DNA of 64,000 nucleotides. Source: Macrostomum lignano. Its lineage: Eukaryota. The notes under the pieces are model-generated. The model had not been told where the DNA came from, made no database searches, and saw nothing but the letters and a program-made list of their open reading frames with translations. Made by a program: the position numbers and the translations under genes. Location of the stretch: contig NIVC01003264.1 in assembly GCA_002269645.1 (NCBI GenBank), forward strand, positions 17,823 through 81,822, read 5' to 3'. Each line of letters opens with the position of its first letter. Within the stretch, counting starts at the first letter, position 1. Positions 40,503-53,707 of this stretch are shown piece after piece.

Positions 40503-43500
40503 TTCAAGCTCTTTGAGAACTGGTTTTAGTATCCGACTCAAACCAGACTGAGACGGATAAAGTATAGGGAACAAAAACTTAAGGAGCCCAAGAACCACTG
40601 TAGTATAAAGCACGACTGTATAAGCTGTTAAAAAAGCTAGACGAGTGAGGAAACAGATCAGCTTCTCTGTTTGAACTGACTGGGTCTAGGAAAAAGCACG
40701 CTTCTTATACTGTTCGTGTTACCCATCCCTCTTGTACAGGGACCAGTGTGCCTTCAGTCTAGAAACAGGCTACTTAGATGTACAGTTTTGTTTCTTTTTC
40801 TGCCCTAGTCGGCTGAATCTTTTAATAAGCATTGCTTACCATGCCGACCGGAACGGAGAGAAAAAATATCCATGGCTCAGTCAGAAGCCAAATAGTCTAT
40901 GGTAAGCACGGCTAAAAAAGTAATTAAATAAAAAGTTATAAGAAATCATGCATACGCATGCACTTCCTCAACAACCACAGAGCAGAGAAGCCACCATGCT
41001 AGAAGACGAAGACGTTGTTAGCAAAGCCTCGCAGACGACAAGTTGGCGGACACTGCTGGGCGTTTTCTGCGCGGCTGCCGTTGTAGGATTCTGCGCTACC
41101 TCTGCGATCCTCATGCTGATGTCGCGGACTCGAGGAGCTGCGGGTGTTGCGAATTGAACTGCTGCCGGAAGTCCCCAGCTGGCATGTGAGCTGAACGAAA
41201 GTCGATTGACATGCTCCACGCCACAGTTGGTCATTCTGCAGACAAAATGATTGCCGATGGCAAGCATATTCGTTTATCCATTCCTCTGTTGCGTGCATGT
41301 GATACACAAATGATACTCACACGATTTCATATTTTACCGTACGACATCAATATGATTCAATCATTCTAACATGTCTCGTCTATGAATCACTTCCCCGTAA
41401 AGCAATCTCACGTCTGAGAAGACGTTTTCAACGTCCTGTGTGCGACGTCGATTACTTTATTAAGAACAAAGTACTTTTGCAGGACTTTCGATTTTCAACC
41501 GACGTTAGCTAAGGTACCTAAGACGGGGAAAAACAACTTATCTGCACAAAAAAAGAAAAAAAGATGTTTTTGTGCATCTGAATCCGTCATGAGTGTAATG
41601 TAGAAAAATACCCATTTACAATGGAATCGAATTAGTCTAACCGTAGTATCCCTTGCTAAATCTCTAAATATCCGGAACTGTCCCCTGCCAGCTGGTACAA
41701 AATAATTGCAGTCACAGGTAAATTACTCGTAAGAACATATCTCTAGGTTCTACATTCATCTACGTGTCTACATATGCGAGGCTCGTGCATGTACTACAAG
41801 TAAAATAGCTATATACAGTCCTGAAAAATTCCCTCTAGCAAAACATCAGGTCAATGCTTCGAGTGAACTACATGTCCGAAATGTGTACACTTCGTATCCA
41901 TATAGTATGTTTAAATACAGTTTGACAACATTGGCAAGTATCTCCGGTAAAGCAGATGGAGTTTATCGTTAATAAGTATGCGCTCTCGTACAAGACCGAG
42001 AGCGCAGGTTAGCCAGTGTATAGAAATAGTTTACAATGCATTCAGGTACAGGACACAGGACACACCTAAAGGAATTGAGATGAGGCTGCTAAAATCGTGG
42101 ATACGGAGAATAAAGTGAAAACCCTGCATGCTCGCTCAAAAACTAATTTAAGTTATTGCGCGTAAGAGAAATTATAATTAAATGTGTATATGCGCAGGTA
42201 CTTGCTTAAGTTGTCCATGGCGAAGCAGCCACCACATAGGAATAATAAATGACTAATTTGCTTAGCTAGCACTGTTCTACATCTATAAATAGCTGTGAGA
42301 CTCAGCGCTGCAGTGATCAAGTGGGCCCCGATGGCGCATTCTTGACATAAAATTCTAGAAACAAGCGGGACACGCCCGAGGCTTTCGCCAAGAAAGAAAA
42401 TCACTGCCAGCAGACGAAACGGTGGCTAGTAAGCCTCGTCGACGACCAATTGGCAGATCCCGCTGGTTGTCTTCGGTATGGCTGCAGCTGCCGGCTTCTG
42501 CGCAACGTCATTGTGCATCATTCTGTTGTCTCGGACTCAAGCGTCTATACAGACCTGACCTGCAGAGGGTCGAGTTCACTCTTCCAAGTTCCACAAAGTC
42601 GAAAGTTTTACGTCTCGGCGCGGACGACGTGGTCCTAGCTGAAGTGACCTTACATGTACATGCCCGGATTTGTCTGCCGTTACCAACACAGGACTTTACC
42701 TCCAGCTGGTGTCACAAATGCTTTACCGAAGTCGGTATGATATTGAAAATCTCCTCTCATCCTTTGACCCTACGTATTTTCGGTTCTCTCTCAGTACATA
42801 CAGTATACATACAAGGGTACTATCCTACATATTAAATAATTTTTCCTCAAATTGTTTTCATCAAACATTTGATGCGAATAGTTTAATATTAAAAAAATAA
42901 GAAGACTAAAATTATGACTAACATGATAAGATCGAACTATTGAAGTTATCGAAACAGGCTAATTTTCATTTTGTTTTATTCTTTCAAAAATTAAATTGTT
43001 TTTGTTTTACTTAAAGTAGTGTGCTTTAAAAATGAATATTTAGAATAGCTCTTGATTTTATGCGCAAATTGTCTGCATGCGGGTTGGGCTTGTCTTGGGG
43101 CAAATATCAAGGACAACTTAAGCAGATATGTATGTTACTTAAGTAGTCCTTGGCAAATCTACTGTTAATTGTTCGGAAAAAGGAAAGGTTATTGATTCAC
43201 AGATATAGTTAGCTTAGCTACATAAGTACCACATAGTACTGCTAAATAATATATTCTGTACTGTTGTTTACTTTAATAAATTTCTTTGGTGCACAAAACT
43301 GCACAGAATATTTACCGTAAACTCGAAACACGGGTTCGTGCTGCCTTACTTTCCTCTGAAACAAAAATTCCGCGATCCGCAAAACCAAAAATTCCACTTG
43401 AAAGAAGGGCATGCCAGCATGCAACCAGAAGTAGAAAGTGACAATAGCTTAAATAGCTTACTTTTTTCTGGCTGGCTTCCATATCCACAGTATTGTCTAA

Positions 43501-44685
43501 GAATGGGCCAAAACTTGGATAGCTTTAGCAACGCAGATACGACATTTCATACGACTGCAAGGCTAACAGGATGCATCGCAACACGGTCAAAATTGCAATG
43601 AGTGTACAACAAGCAAACGAAACGTCAGTCATATTATCCTGTGCGTGTAGGTTCTCACGTTTTGTTTTTATGTCCCCAGCTGTTTGACCTTTTCTACAGT
43701 CTGTTCGTTCGCGACGTCGATTAATTCAAAAACAAAAATAGACAGAAAAATATTTGAAAAATGACCAATCCTTGCTTATCCTTAGTCGCGGTAAATTGAA
43801 TTCATCCCGTGAGTGCGCGCTCTCCTGTGCAGCAGCTGGGCTGCAAGCTGTGGCATCGAAGACTGCCGTCATGATCCTTTAACTTTAACTTTAACAGCAG
43901 CTGCGCCCGTGACATTTTACTTCGATGCAGGTCGCCAAGATCCTTTATACTCCCGTTCCTTGCTTAATCTTGTCCATATAGAATGTAGCCAACAATTTTC
44001 TACCGGAGAGTGAGTGTTGTGGACTTTCATTATCTTGTGCAGCAGGAAAAGTCGCGCAAGGCTGAAGCATCCACTTTGCTGAACTCGTAGATGATCTAGA
44101 TTGACTCCGCGCGGCCGTCTGCCGTCCTTGCAGCGCATTTGCATTTGATTTCCCGGACTTGCTATGCCACGCTGAACCCGACACCCGCTGCTGGCCCGCG
44201 AACAAATATGCTAATTTCGTGGGAGAGTCAATATATATTCTGCTACAGTCAACAAATCACGCGACTCGGTTAATTTTTGCAGTTTCGATTCTCAAATTTA
44301 TTTCCGGGCTTCAGAAACTTTTGCCTTTCTTCCACTATCAATCACAGATTTGCCAACAACATTAAAAAGTGTTTAATCATTTTTCTGACTAAAACTAAAG
44401 CAGAAACCATTCGCTTTGTCGCAAAACCTTGATATCGAACTTATAATTTAGCGGTGAAAATGTCCGTGGAATAATTATGTTAAAATTCACTACTAGTTTG
44501 AAATTGACTACAAAACAAGTTGTTTTGAAATTACAGAAAATTTAACAAAGAATAGAAGAGAACTATCTGCAATATTAGTGAACTCGAGATACAATCAAAC
44601 GAGTCTATGTCCATACGAGCTGAAGAGTCTTATCTTTAGACAGCCAATTATTGTCCTTTCAAAGCCATTTGTCTTCTTCAAGAAT

Positions 44686-46026
44686 CTACAATTTCAAAGG
44701 CAGCAGGCTCAGAAAAAGCGTCAGGGCCAGCGAAGTCAGCAGCTGAGGCGCCTGAACGCAGAGTTGAGCTGCCCCGCTGACCTGACAGAGCTCCCGGTTG
44801 CCATCATGGCAGGTCAACTGGTGAATGGCGATGCCAAGTGGCCAACTGGCTGAGTAGCCCCTGATGCTGTCCGTGATTAAGAGCGTTTGATTATCCGCGA
44901 ACCTGTAGCCTTCGGTAAGCAGAGTTACCACGTAGACACTGTTCATGCAGAGGTACGGCTCGTACTGACCAGTGACTGGTGGATTGACGCACACTGCCCG
45001 AGCTGCTTGGGCTAGTTCGCCGACTTTGACGTTCCCTGGAACCGAGCTGGACAAGAAGCCTGTTCTATTTAACATAAAGGCAGTGTAGTAGAAGGAGCTG
45101 ATGGCCACAAAGTTGCCCACTCTGACCCCGGGCGGTTGGTGCACGGGCACGATACGCAGCGGGATGCGAGCGATCTCAGAGCACAGACGGTGCCGATCGG
45201 AGCCGGCGATGCCAGCTTCGCCTCCCACGTTGATTGAAACTGTGCCAAAGCTGAAGGTGGACCGGTAGGCCGGGTTAAGGCATGGCGAGGTGTACAGGTC
45301 CTTATTTGGTTCGCTACTGTTGTGGCCGAACATGTATAGAGCGGCCTGTGACATACCCAAGCCGAGGTAGCTGTGCTGGTGTAGGACGTAAGACTTTCCG
45401 CGAACGGTTTTGAACACCTTGCGATATTTGTCGTTCGCGTTGTCAGTTTTGGGCACAAAGGTGATCTGTGTAGAGCCGCCGCCGAGGTCCAGCATGCCGA
45501 AAGTTTCACCGCCGGGCTTATCGAAGGAATCCATGAGGAAGTTGACGGCTACCCAACCAAATTCTGCCTCTTCCTGGCCGCTGATGACGCGCACAGCACG
45601 CTTATCAGTGCTGGGCACCAGGAAGCTGGACCGACGGAGAATCTCGGCAACAGCGCGGACGACACGGTCTCGCTGTTCAGGCGTCAGCAGGCGCAGGCCA
45701 GCCGTGGCGCGCACGATGACGCTAGTTTCGGCGTGGTACTTAGTGGGAACTTTCTCAGTAGCAAATTCCATCAACGGCTTGAGGTTCTCACGAAGTCGGG
45801 GAAGTGCATTAGGAAAGGCCGATAGGCCGGGATTGACTTTCTCCTCCTCGAGGCTCTCGATGCGCAGACCAGTGGAGTGGCTGAAGTCGGTGCGGAATGA
45901 AAACACATTGATGCGGGTCCCCGTGCTGCCGGCGTCAAGCACCAGAATGTACTTCTTATTGGACGAAACAAGAGGCGCTGCTGTCGGCAGCAGGAGCAGC
46001 ATCGGCAGGATCTTCGGCAGCAGCAT
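44686..46026 (-). CDS. GDA1/CD39-family NTPDase (ENTPD5/6-like apyrase), intronless
   Basis: All five apyrase conserved regions: DAGSTGTR, ATAGLRLL, SGQEEAEFGW, DLGGGSTQ, ASWPLG. N-terminal signal peptide and hydrophobic C-terminal tail. Confidence 0.93.
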   Translation of the reverse strand: MLLPKILPMLLLLPTAAPLVSSNKKYILVLDAGSTGTRINVFSFRTDFSHSTGLRIESLEEEKVNPGLSAFPNALPRLRENLKPLMEFATEKVPTKYHAETSVIVRATAGLRLLTPEQRDRVVRAVAEILRRSSFLVPSTDKRAVRVISGQEEAEFGWVAVNFLMDSFDKPGGETFGMLDLGGGSTQITFVPKTDNANDKYRKVFKTVRGKSYVLHQHSYLGLGMSQAALYMFGHNSSEPNKDLYTSPCLNPAYRSTFSFGTVSINVGGEAGIAGSDRHRLCSEIARIPLRIVPVHQPPGVRVGNFVAISSFYYTAFMLNRTGFLSSSVPGNVKVGELAQAARAVCVNPPVTGQYEPYLCMNSVYVVTLLTEGYRFADNQTLLITDSIRGYSASWPLGIAIHQLTCHDGNRELCQVSGAAQLCVQAPQLLTSLALTLFLSLLPLKL

Positions 46027-47050
46027 CTTTGCTGTGTAGAGAAAGTTTCTTTCGAAAACGTCCAATGCAGTTGAATTTAGCTAAGCGTTCGGTACAACAT
46101 ATGAACGCATTCCATTGGCCAGGCAATTCCCTGCCACTGCGCCTCTCTGTGAATGGACCAAAGTCATTGCAAATTTCCTTGTGACATTTTCAACATTACG
46201 GTTCACATCACGGGCGTTTCTGCCTGGTTGCGCGCTGGATAAATAATGATAGTAAGCAGCAACATAAAGCTAAATTGTGCCTGCTGCGGTTGGTAGCTCA
46301 GCGATGGGAACTCGACCGAATATCTCGACCTCGGGGTCATAAATTCATAAATTAGCTGGTTAGAGGAGAGTTCCCAGTGCAGTGACAGCTATTAGAGTGG
46401 CTGATCTACGAAAGTGAGGAGCTAGATACTGCATGAGAATTGCACTTGGTCGTCAAATTGGATATCCGAATTAGAATAATCGAGTTTTAGAGCAAATGTC
46501 ACATTTTAAATTGTGCAATTTCCTGTCCAAATTTGTTATTCCGCTTTTGTTGATAACCGACACTGCTGGTATGAACGCTTGCCAAGTCATGCTTTGACGG
46601 GTCCACAAACTCTGTGAATAGACAACTGCAAACTGCAGCAAATTTGAATGCAACACACACACACACACACACACTTACACGAAAGACTTGGAAAGCCTGT
46701 TTATGGCATGAACCTCTTATGTTTATCCATGCGCTAGCCAGCCTCGCCTCTCGAGCTATAGGACTCCAACAACGAATAAAATCGGGCCGTTGTAAACACA
46801 GGCCATGGCTGCATCTGTAATACGCTATTTCCTCAGGTATGAAGCTCAAGGCACTGTCTAAGCCCATAAAACCTGGCTGCTACACTACCAAATCGGCTTG
46901 TCAAAGTAAGCCGTGGAAATAAAGTAAAATTACAGCAATCACTCCATCCTAGATTGACTTTCGCGATCGATTCAACTTCGCTACCTAATTTGTAATTTCA
47001 TAACATGTTCACCTCATCAAACGAAAAACGAGCGCACCTATGCCCCAATA

Positions 47051-48019
47051 CTTCGGGTGTGTCATAAGTAATGTCACTGATGTGAAAACAGACGAACTTG
47101 CAATCGCAGATGAACAAAACTGTACCACTCAACAACATAGAGTCCCCCAATATTAATCACCCTCTGGCAGTGCTCATACAGCTTGTCCACCTCAGCCTGC
47201 AGGTGTTTTTCCTCCAACTGCCATAACCAGTGCAACGCAGCCTGTTTTACCTCTTCATGGTTTGCGAAACTCTTCTTGGAAAATTCAGCCTTCAGCCATT
47301 TGAACAGGAATCTCTTGCAAAAGTTGAAGTCTGGGCCGTAGGGACTGTCAGAGCAGATTCACTCGCCATGCAGGCAGAAAATTCGAAACAGCCTTCAGGT
47401 GTGCAGCCGTGCGGTGTCCATCTGCCACAGAACCTTGTCCAGGTGACATGGATTTGACCGGAGAGTGCACCAGAGGTCTCCAGTGTGCCGGAAAAAGTCG
47501 ATAAAGTACTGGCCATCGACTTTGGTGTTCGGTGGAGTTGTGCAGATGGAGACTCGTTTGTTTGGCGTGAAGGCTACCAGCAGCATGGTCTTCTTGTCCG
47601 AGATGGACTTCCTAGTCACCATCGGCCTGAAGTCCCCAGCTCCCAACCAGCAGCGATTATCTGCCTTGCTGCCCTTGCCATCCAGGTGGAGCCAGCTTTC
47701 ATCCTCAGCAACCAGGCAGTTTAGGATGTCATTCAAGCCCCGGCTGCTAAACACCTTGCGGATCTGCTTGGTGCAGGCGTCTTGTCAAGATTCATGATGA
47801 TTTTTGTTCGCTGCATAGACGATTTTTCATCGCGTTGCACTTGCTAAATCTGCTTGGCGTATTCTTGCGATAACTTGGGCCATAAACAACCTATGCACGT
47901 CTCAAATGCACTGCTATTGCTTCACTAAGTATACTTTGCAGCTACACTACCCACAAGTCCATGTGCCTACATATTTTAGACAGAGGCCTGCAGTGACATT
48001 ACTTATGACACACCCGAAG
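47051..48019 (-). mobile_element. Mariner element, internally deleted, perfect 29-bp TIRs and TA TSD
   Basis: TA|CTTCGGGTGTGTCATAAGTAATGTCACTG...CAGTGACATTACTTATGACACACCCGAAG|TA. Catalytic remnants AEDESW, QMDTARLH, SPYGPDFN...FLFKWLK. 969 bp total. Confidence 0.92.
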
Positions 48020-48548
48020 TAATATAAGTTTCAATTTTTCTGACTGAATCGCAAAAGGTTGAACGTTCGGAACGTTCGGCATGTGTTCAAATAAGAATCG
48101 ATTGGAAGCTGTCAATCACCACGCTGTGGACTTCTACAGTCAGCAATTCTATAGGTCCTTAAGCAAGATAAATTGCACTTTAGAGGTCGTTGGGGCTCAT
48201 ACCCTCGATGGCCATCTTGGCAGAAAGGCGGAAAACCGGAGTTATTTGAGTGCAATAAAGTCTTTTTTCAATACGCACCCAGTTTCCTGCTTTTAGAAGA
48301 AGTTGACGCCACTGTCAAAGAAAAACGATCTGACCCGTACACAAAATGATCAGCACTCATTCGATGGCAAGATTGTGTGAAAAAAGACTGGTCAAGTTAA
48401 TTGAGACATGATTCGAAAGTTTGCTGTCTTTTTTGCTTATTTAGTAATAAAAAATTGCAAAAGCAGTTCAGTAAATTTAATATATTATTTGATTCAATTC
48501 GATTTTAAGATGATGGATTAGAGTTGTCGCTCGTTTTATATTCAATTT

Positions 48549-51500
48549 TTACACTTGCACAGAAGTTATTGCTGAAGGCGGCTCCTTCCCGCTTCTTTCC
48601 AGTGGAACTGCGTCACTGTCCACCGAATCTCCTCTGTCGTGACGCTCCGTAGTCTCCGAGGTCTCAATCCGCTGCGCAGGATCTGAGTGTACATCTCCGT
48701 CTCTACTATTGTTGGATGTTACTCCGCCTTCCTCCACGAAGACGGTTGACTCGGCTTTCTCGGCGTCCGACTGTGGAATCCTTGCGTCCATTGCGGCCGC
48801 GCAGGTGCAGTGGCTCCACGTGTTGCAGCCGGTTCGGAGACGATCGCTGAAGTAAAATGTTTGATACAAGCAGCGTTCGCAGGCTCCAAATTGAATTGGG
48901 CAAGACGGTAGTCAAGCAACAAGAAGGCAATTAGGAATGTCGTGCACACGTACAGGGTTCACTTTGGCTTTCTCGTCGTCCGGCTTGTACTCACTGTGCT
49001 TTTGGGGTCGGCCCTCTTAGGAGGGGATTGCACAACATACAGTGATGCTTATACTGCAGCTCACTGTGTGTGCCTTTGGGGTTGGCCCTCTTAGGAGGGA
49101 TTGCACAACATACAGTGATGCTTATACTGCAGCTCACACTGTGTGTGCCTTTGGGGTTGGCCTTCTTAGGAGGGATTGCACAACATACAGTGATGCTTAT
49201 ACTGCAGCTCACTGTGTGTGCCTTTGGGGTCGGCCTTCTTAGGAGGGATTGCACAACATACAGTGATGCTTATACTGCAGCTCACTGTGTGTGCCTTTGG
49301 GGTTGGCCTTCTTAGGAGGGATTGCACAACATACAGTAATCTTATACTGCAGCTCACTGTGTGTGCCTTTGGGGTTGGCCTTCTTAGGAGGGATTGCACA
49401 ACATACAGTAATCTTATACTGCAGCTCACTGTGTGTGCCTTTGGGGTTGGCCTTCTTAGGAGGGATTGCACAACATACAGTAATCTTATACTGCAGTCGA
49501 GCTGCAGGTCAATCTAAACCGTACTAAGCCTACCTAAGCCTCGCATGCAGTTTATTTACTTCCCTTTGACTAAAAGCTTACAGAATGAACTCGCCGGTGT
49601 AAAGCAGCGACACTCCAGCGTCCGGAATGCCCAGATTGGACAGGATGCCGATAATTACGATGATGCTGGAGCTCGGCACCGAAGGTAGGGACAAGCCGGA
49701 CACGCCCGCAAGGAATCTGGAAAATTTTAGGACGCTGAAACGACTATGACGATACAGTAGTGCGTAATTTGCAACTCATATATACGAGGATTTATTGCTG
49801 AGGATATGCACCAACTTACTGCAAGTAGGAACGCAAGGATATGAAAAAATTACAGATTGGCTTACTTGACTTACTTACTTTTGGGCCTTACAAGTATATA
49901 GAAATATTTGCAGGAGGGCTCTGGGTACCTTGTCGCAATTCCTTCCGGTTACATTCCGGAGACAATTCTGCATATTTCAACTCACTCCTGGGCACATGCA
50001 AGCGCGCCAACACTGTACGTAGGCACGCACTCATACGCATGCTCACACAGGGTGTGCCGACGCCCTGACTTTCTAATCGTCAGGCATGTACACTCTGTTT
50101 GGGGGGGGGGTACGCCAGTTTTTGTACACAAGCCCCGAATCAAACCAGGGGTTGTGGCGAGTCAGCTACTCCGCTTTACAGGTGAAGGGCTTCGAATCAA
50201 CAAAATTAATTCTTAAGTAACTTTCTTACACAATTAATATGTAGTTTCCAAAGCTAAGTGGCGTGCCAGTCAGCTGAGCCAAGAATGTCACTGAGGCGGC
50301 TATGTAGGCGCACGACCCGTCCGAGTTGGTGTTGCAGCACAGCGGCAGGATGAACCGGGAGATGCGAGGGCGGAGACCCGCGTTGTCGGCGCATTCAAGC
50401 ATCACTGGCAGGGCTGAGACGCTGAATAAAGTGCGAGAGGTGCTAAGCAGGACTGAGGGAGGTGTTGCAGGAGTGAGGGAGGTATTGCAGGAGTGAGGGA
50501 GGTGTTGCAGGAGTGAGGGAGGTGTTGCAGGAGTGAGGGAGGTGTTGCGGGAGTGAGGGAGGTGTTGCAGGAGTGAGGGAGGTATTGCAGGAGTGAGGGA
50601 GGTGTTGCAGGAGTGAGGGAGGTGTTGCAGGAGTGAGGGAGGTGTTGCAGGAGTGAGGGAGGTGTTGCAGGAGTGAGGGAGCTTTTGCTGGATGCAGGTG
50701 TAAAAGAGGTGTTGCAGGTGTAAAAGAGGCGTTGCAGGTGTAAAAGAGGTGTTGCAGGTGTAAAAGAGGTGTTGCAGGTGTAAAAGAGGTGTTGCAGGTG
50801 TAAAAGAGGTGTTGCAGGTGTAAAAGAGGTGTTGCAGGTGTAAAAGAGGTGTTGCAGGAGTGAGGGAGGGGTTGAGCTGGAGTTGGAAGCTTTTAGTTTC
50901 AGGCCAAAGTTTTACGTGGCTTAGAAAGCAAAGCAATGATATATTTTTTTCAAGTACTTCTACAATACTTTTTTTAAGAACAGGTTAACACTAGCAATCC
51001 AGCCCGTTTGGGGAGCGCAAAAATGAAAATGAAAATATGGCTGAAAATAACAAAGAATGGACCCATGCTTCCAGTAAGCCTTGACATCCCAGCAATTCCC
51101 CATGAGCCTTGACATCCCAGCAATTCCCCATAAGCCTTGACATCCCAGCAATTCCCCATAAGCCTTGACATCCCAGCAATTCCCGAATAAGTCTTGACAT
51201 CCCAGCAATTCCCCATAAGCCTTGACATCCCAGCAATTCCCGAATAAGTCTTGACATCCCAGTAATTCCACGTAAGCCTCGACGTCTCAGCAATTCCTCT
51301 AATAAGCCATGAAATCTTAGAAATTTTCCCACCAAGCCTTGGAGTCTGAGCAATTTCCCATAAGCCTTGACATCCCAGCAACTCCTCCCATTAGCCTCGA
51401 CGTCTCAGCAATTCCCCCAGCTGTTAGCCTCATCCCAGCAATTCCCCCAGTAAGCCTTGACATCCCAGCAATTCCCCATAAGCCTTGACAATGACATCTT

Positions 51501-53148
51501 AGCAGTGAAATGTGTAAGCGTTGACATTTCAACAACCCCCATAAGCCTTGAAATCTCAGCAATTTCCCATAAGCCTTGACATCTTGGTATAAAAGAGGTG
51601 TTGCAGGTGTAAAAGAGGTGTTGCAGGTGTAAAAGAGGTGTTGCAGGCGTAAAAGAGGTGTTGCAGGTGTAAAAGAGGTGTTGCAGGTGTAAAAGAGGTG
51701 TTGCAGGAGTGAGGGGGGGTTGAGCTGGAGTTGGAAGCTTGTAGTTTCAGGCCAAAGTTTTATGTGGCTTAGAAAGCAAAGCAATGATATATTTTTTTCA
51801 AGTACTTCTACAATACTCTTTTTAAGAACAGGTTAACATTACTTAATCTACCTGCTATTAGCGCTGAATGCCACCAGGTAGGCCTTCATCATTTTCCAAT
51901 AAAAAGGAAACGGATTACGACGGGCGAAAGCCAGAAACATGGCCAGGTGCACAATGAACTGATTGATAGTTAGAGCTGCCACCACTGTACCAATGAAGGT
52001 GCCGAGACTGATGAAGGTCTGCTCCATGTCCTGAACCTCGGCCAGTGATTTTGCTATGAGGCTCATCAAACCAAGCGGAAGACACCTGTTTGGTAAGGAA
52101 TTGAGGTGCGAATGACCTTGCTGCATTCTTTCCCGAACATTATTACGTATTTCACCTTAGTTTCAGACAGAGGTTGAGCTCATTCGGACTCACCAAATGA
52201 CTTTGCTCAGCAGCAGGATAGTCGCCCTTGTAACCGCGTCGAAAAATTCTCGAAAGGTCTCCGCACTTCGACTACCCATAGCCGATGTGGCCAGTCCGAA
52301 AAGTACACTCACAAAGAGCGCTCCAAGGATGTTCATGCCGCGGCTGGTGCCGTTCTGTCGAACAAAAACTGTGCTACCGTTTTGCAACTGCGGAGTGTAG
52401 ACTGTTTGGCTCTGAAGTGGACAACATTTCAGAAAATATAATTAGCAGCCTAAGATATCAGCATGCCTGTGATTTTTGGCATCAAATGACTACCCTCACT
52501 CTCCCTTTGATCTGCTTTGCTTCCAGTTGACCCTGGGCATCTCAGCAATCCCGCATGACCCACACCAATTCAGCGACCCCCCCTCGTGAGCTTTGTGATC
52601 TCAGCCATTCTCCCCAAGAGTCAGCATTTCAGTGATCTCCCATGAGCCTTGACAACTTAGCAATTCCCCAATAATTAGTCTTCTATGTTCGGCAGGCGAT
52701 TCTTTTATGGTTTAACCCTAACTCCAGGCTCAAAATTCCAGCAATCGTCCCACAAGTCTTGACGTCTCAGCCATTTCCCATGAGCTTAACATGTGCCAAG
52801 CCCATACCCAAAATAATGACGCCACACAGGAAATCGAGTTCAGATCCTCTTGGTATCAGAGACGGTTCGATACCGCTCTGGCAAAGCCCCTCGGATTTAG
52901 TTTTTCAGTTTAGCCTTTCGCCTGTTATCCAGTAAACACGATTTTTGCACTCAATATAATTTCCAAGTTAAGTTTATACCGTCTCGAAAGCCATGGTGAT
53001 GATGTTGTCCGGTATCAGGTTTCTAAAATGCAGTATAGGAGAAACATAGTGCTCTGTTTATTGTAAAAAACTATCGAGTAAAGAGTGCCTTAATTTCAGA
53101 CGGCTCAACCTGAAAAGATCCGTCAGGATGTCAGATGTGGTGAGTCTG
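48549..53148 (-). CDS. SLC1/EAAT-family amino-acid transporter, 3' part. Exons 53148-53110 (truncated), 53022-52980, 52411-52194, 52085-51852, 50421-50230, 49716-49582, 48846-48549
   Basis: All six GT-AG introns join in phase: DILTDLFR|NLIPDNIITMAFET|...GMNILG...W|CLPLG...ANSS|VSALP...NSDGS...|...SVPSSS...GEFIL|DRLRTGCN. The 5' exon is interrupted by the Maverick terminus, so this copy may be disrupted. Confidence 0.9.
48985..49497. repeat. 72-73-bp intronic minisatellite
   Basis: About 7 copies of ACTGCAGCTCACTGTGTGTGCCTTTGGGG...CATACAGT..T.CTTAT. Confidence 0.93.
50455..51840. repeat. Intronic repeat complex: two related 20-bp arrays (GGTGTTGCAGGAGTGAGGGA, GGTGTTGCAGGTGTAAAAGA), a 28-bp array (AGCCTTGACATCCCAGCAATTCCCCATA) and an approximately 250-bp local duplication
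   Basis: Direct reading; 50700-50990 is similar to 51590-51840. Confidence 0.9.
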
Positions 53149-53707
53149 AGTAGTATACGTTTTTTTGACACAAAGCCGATTTCCTTATGGCGAAATACAT
53201 AGTAAGTACAGGCCCAAAAAAATGGCAGAGTCCGAAATTTCATGTGCACGCAGTCTGAAATTCCATGTGCACGCAGTCTGAAATTCCAAGTGCACGCTAA
53301 ATATCTTTTACGCAACGTGATTATTCAGACGAATTGCATATCCACCTGTCCAAAATACAAGTAACCGATTCTAGCAATGGTGACACAAACACACTTCAAA
53401 GGATTCCATTCAAGACAAATTTACTCCAAAGCTATTCACACATTTCAAGTGTTATTGAAATATTGAAAACTTGTGAATATTATCACCCTTTTGAAGAAAG
53501 ATAGTAAATGATCTATTCTTGAGTGCCTATAGAATTTTTGCACCAACTTGAGCAGATGGTTTACAGATACTATGTCAACAACTGCGTCAACATGCTTCTT
53601 CTTTATACTATATATATATACGAACACACTGACACAGAAAATATTAAATAACTTAAACCAAGTTTACATTATACTACTTGTTCAACTATACTTACATCTT
53701 AAGTGAA

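Noticed and set aside
40900-43600. Possible CMC/EnSpm-type transposon fragments (C2H2-like CRMTNC...H, FWPIL)
   Set aside because: Motifs too short and scattered; no termini identified.
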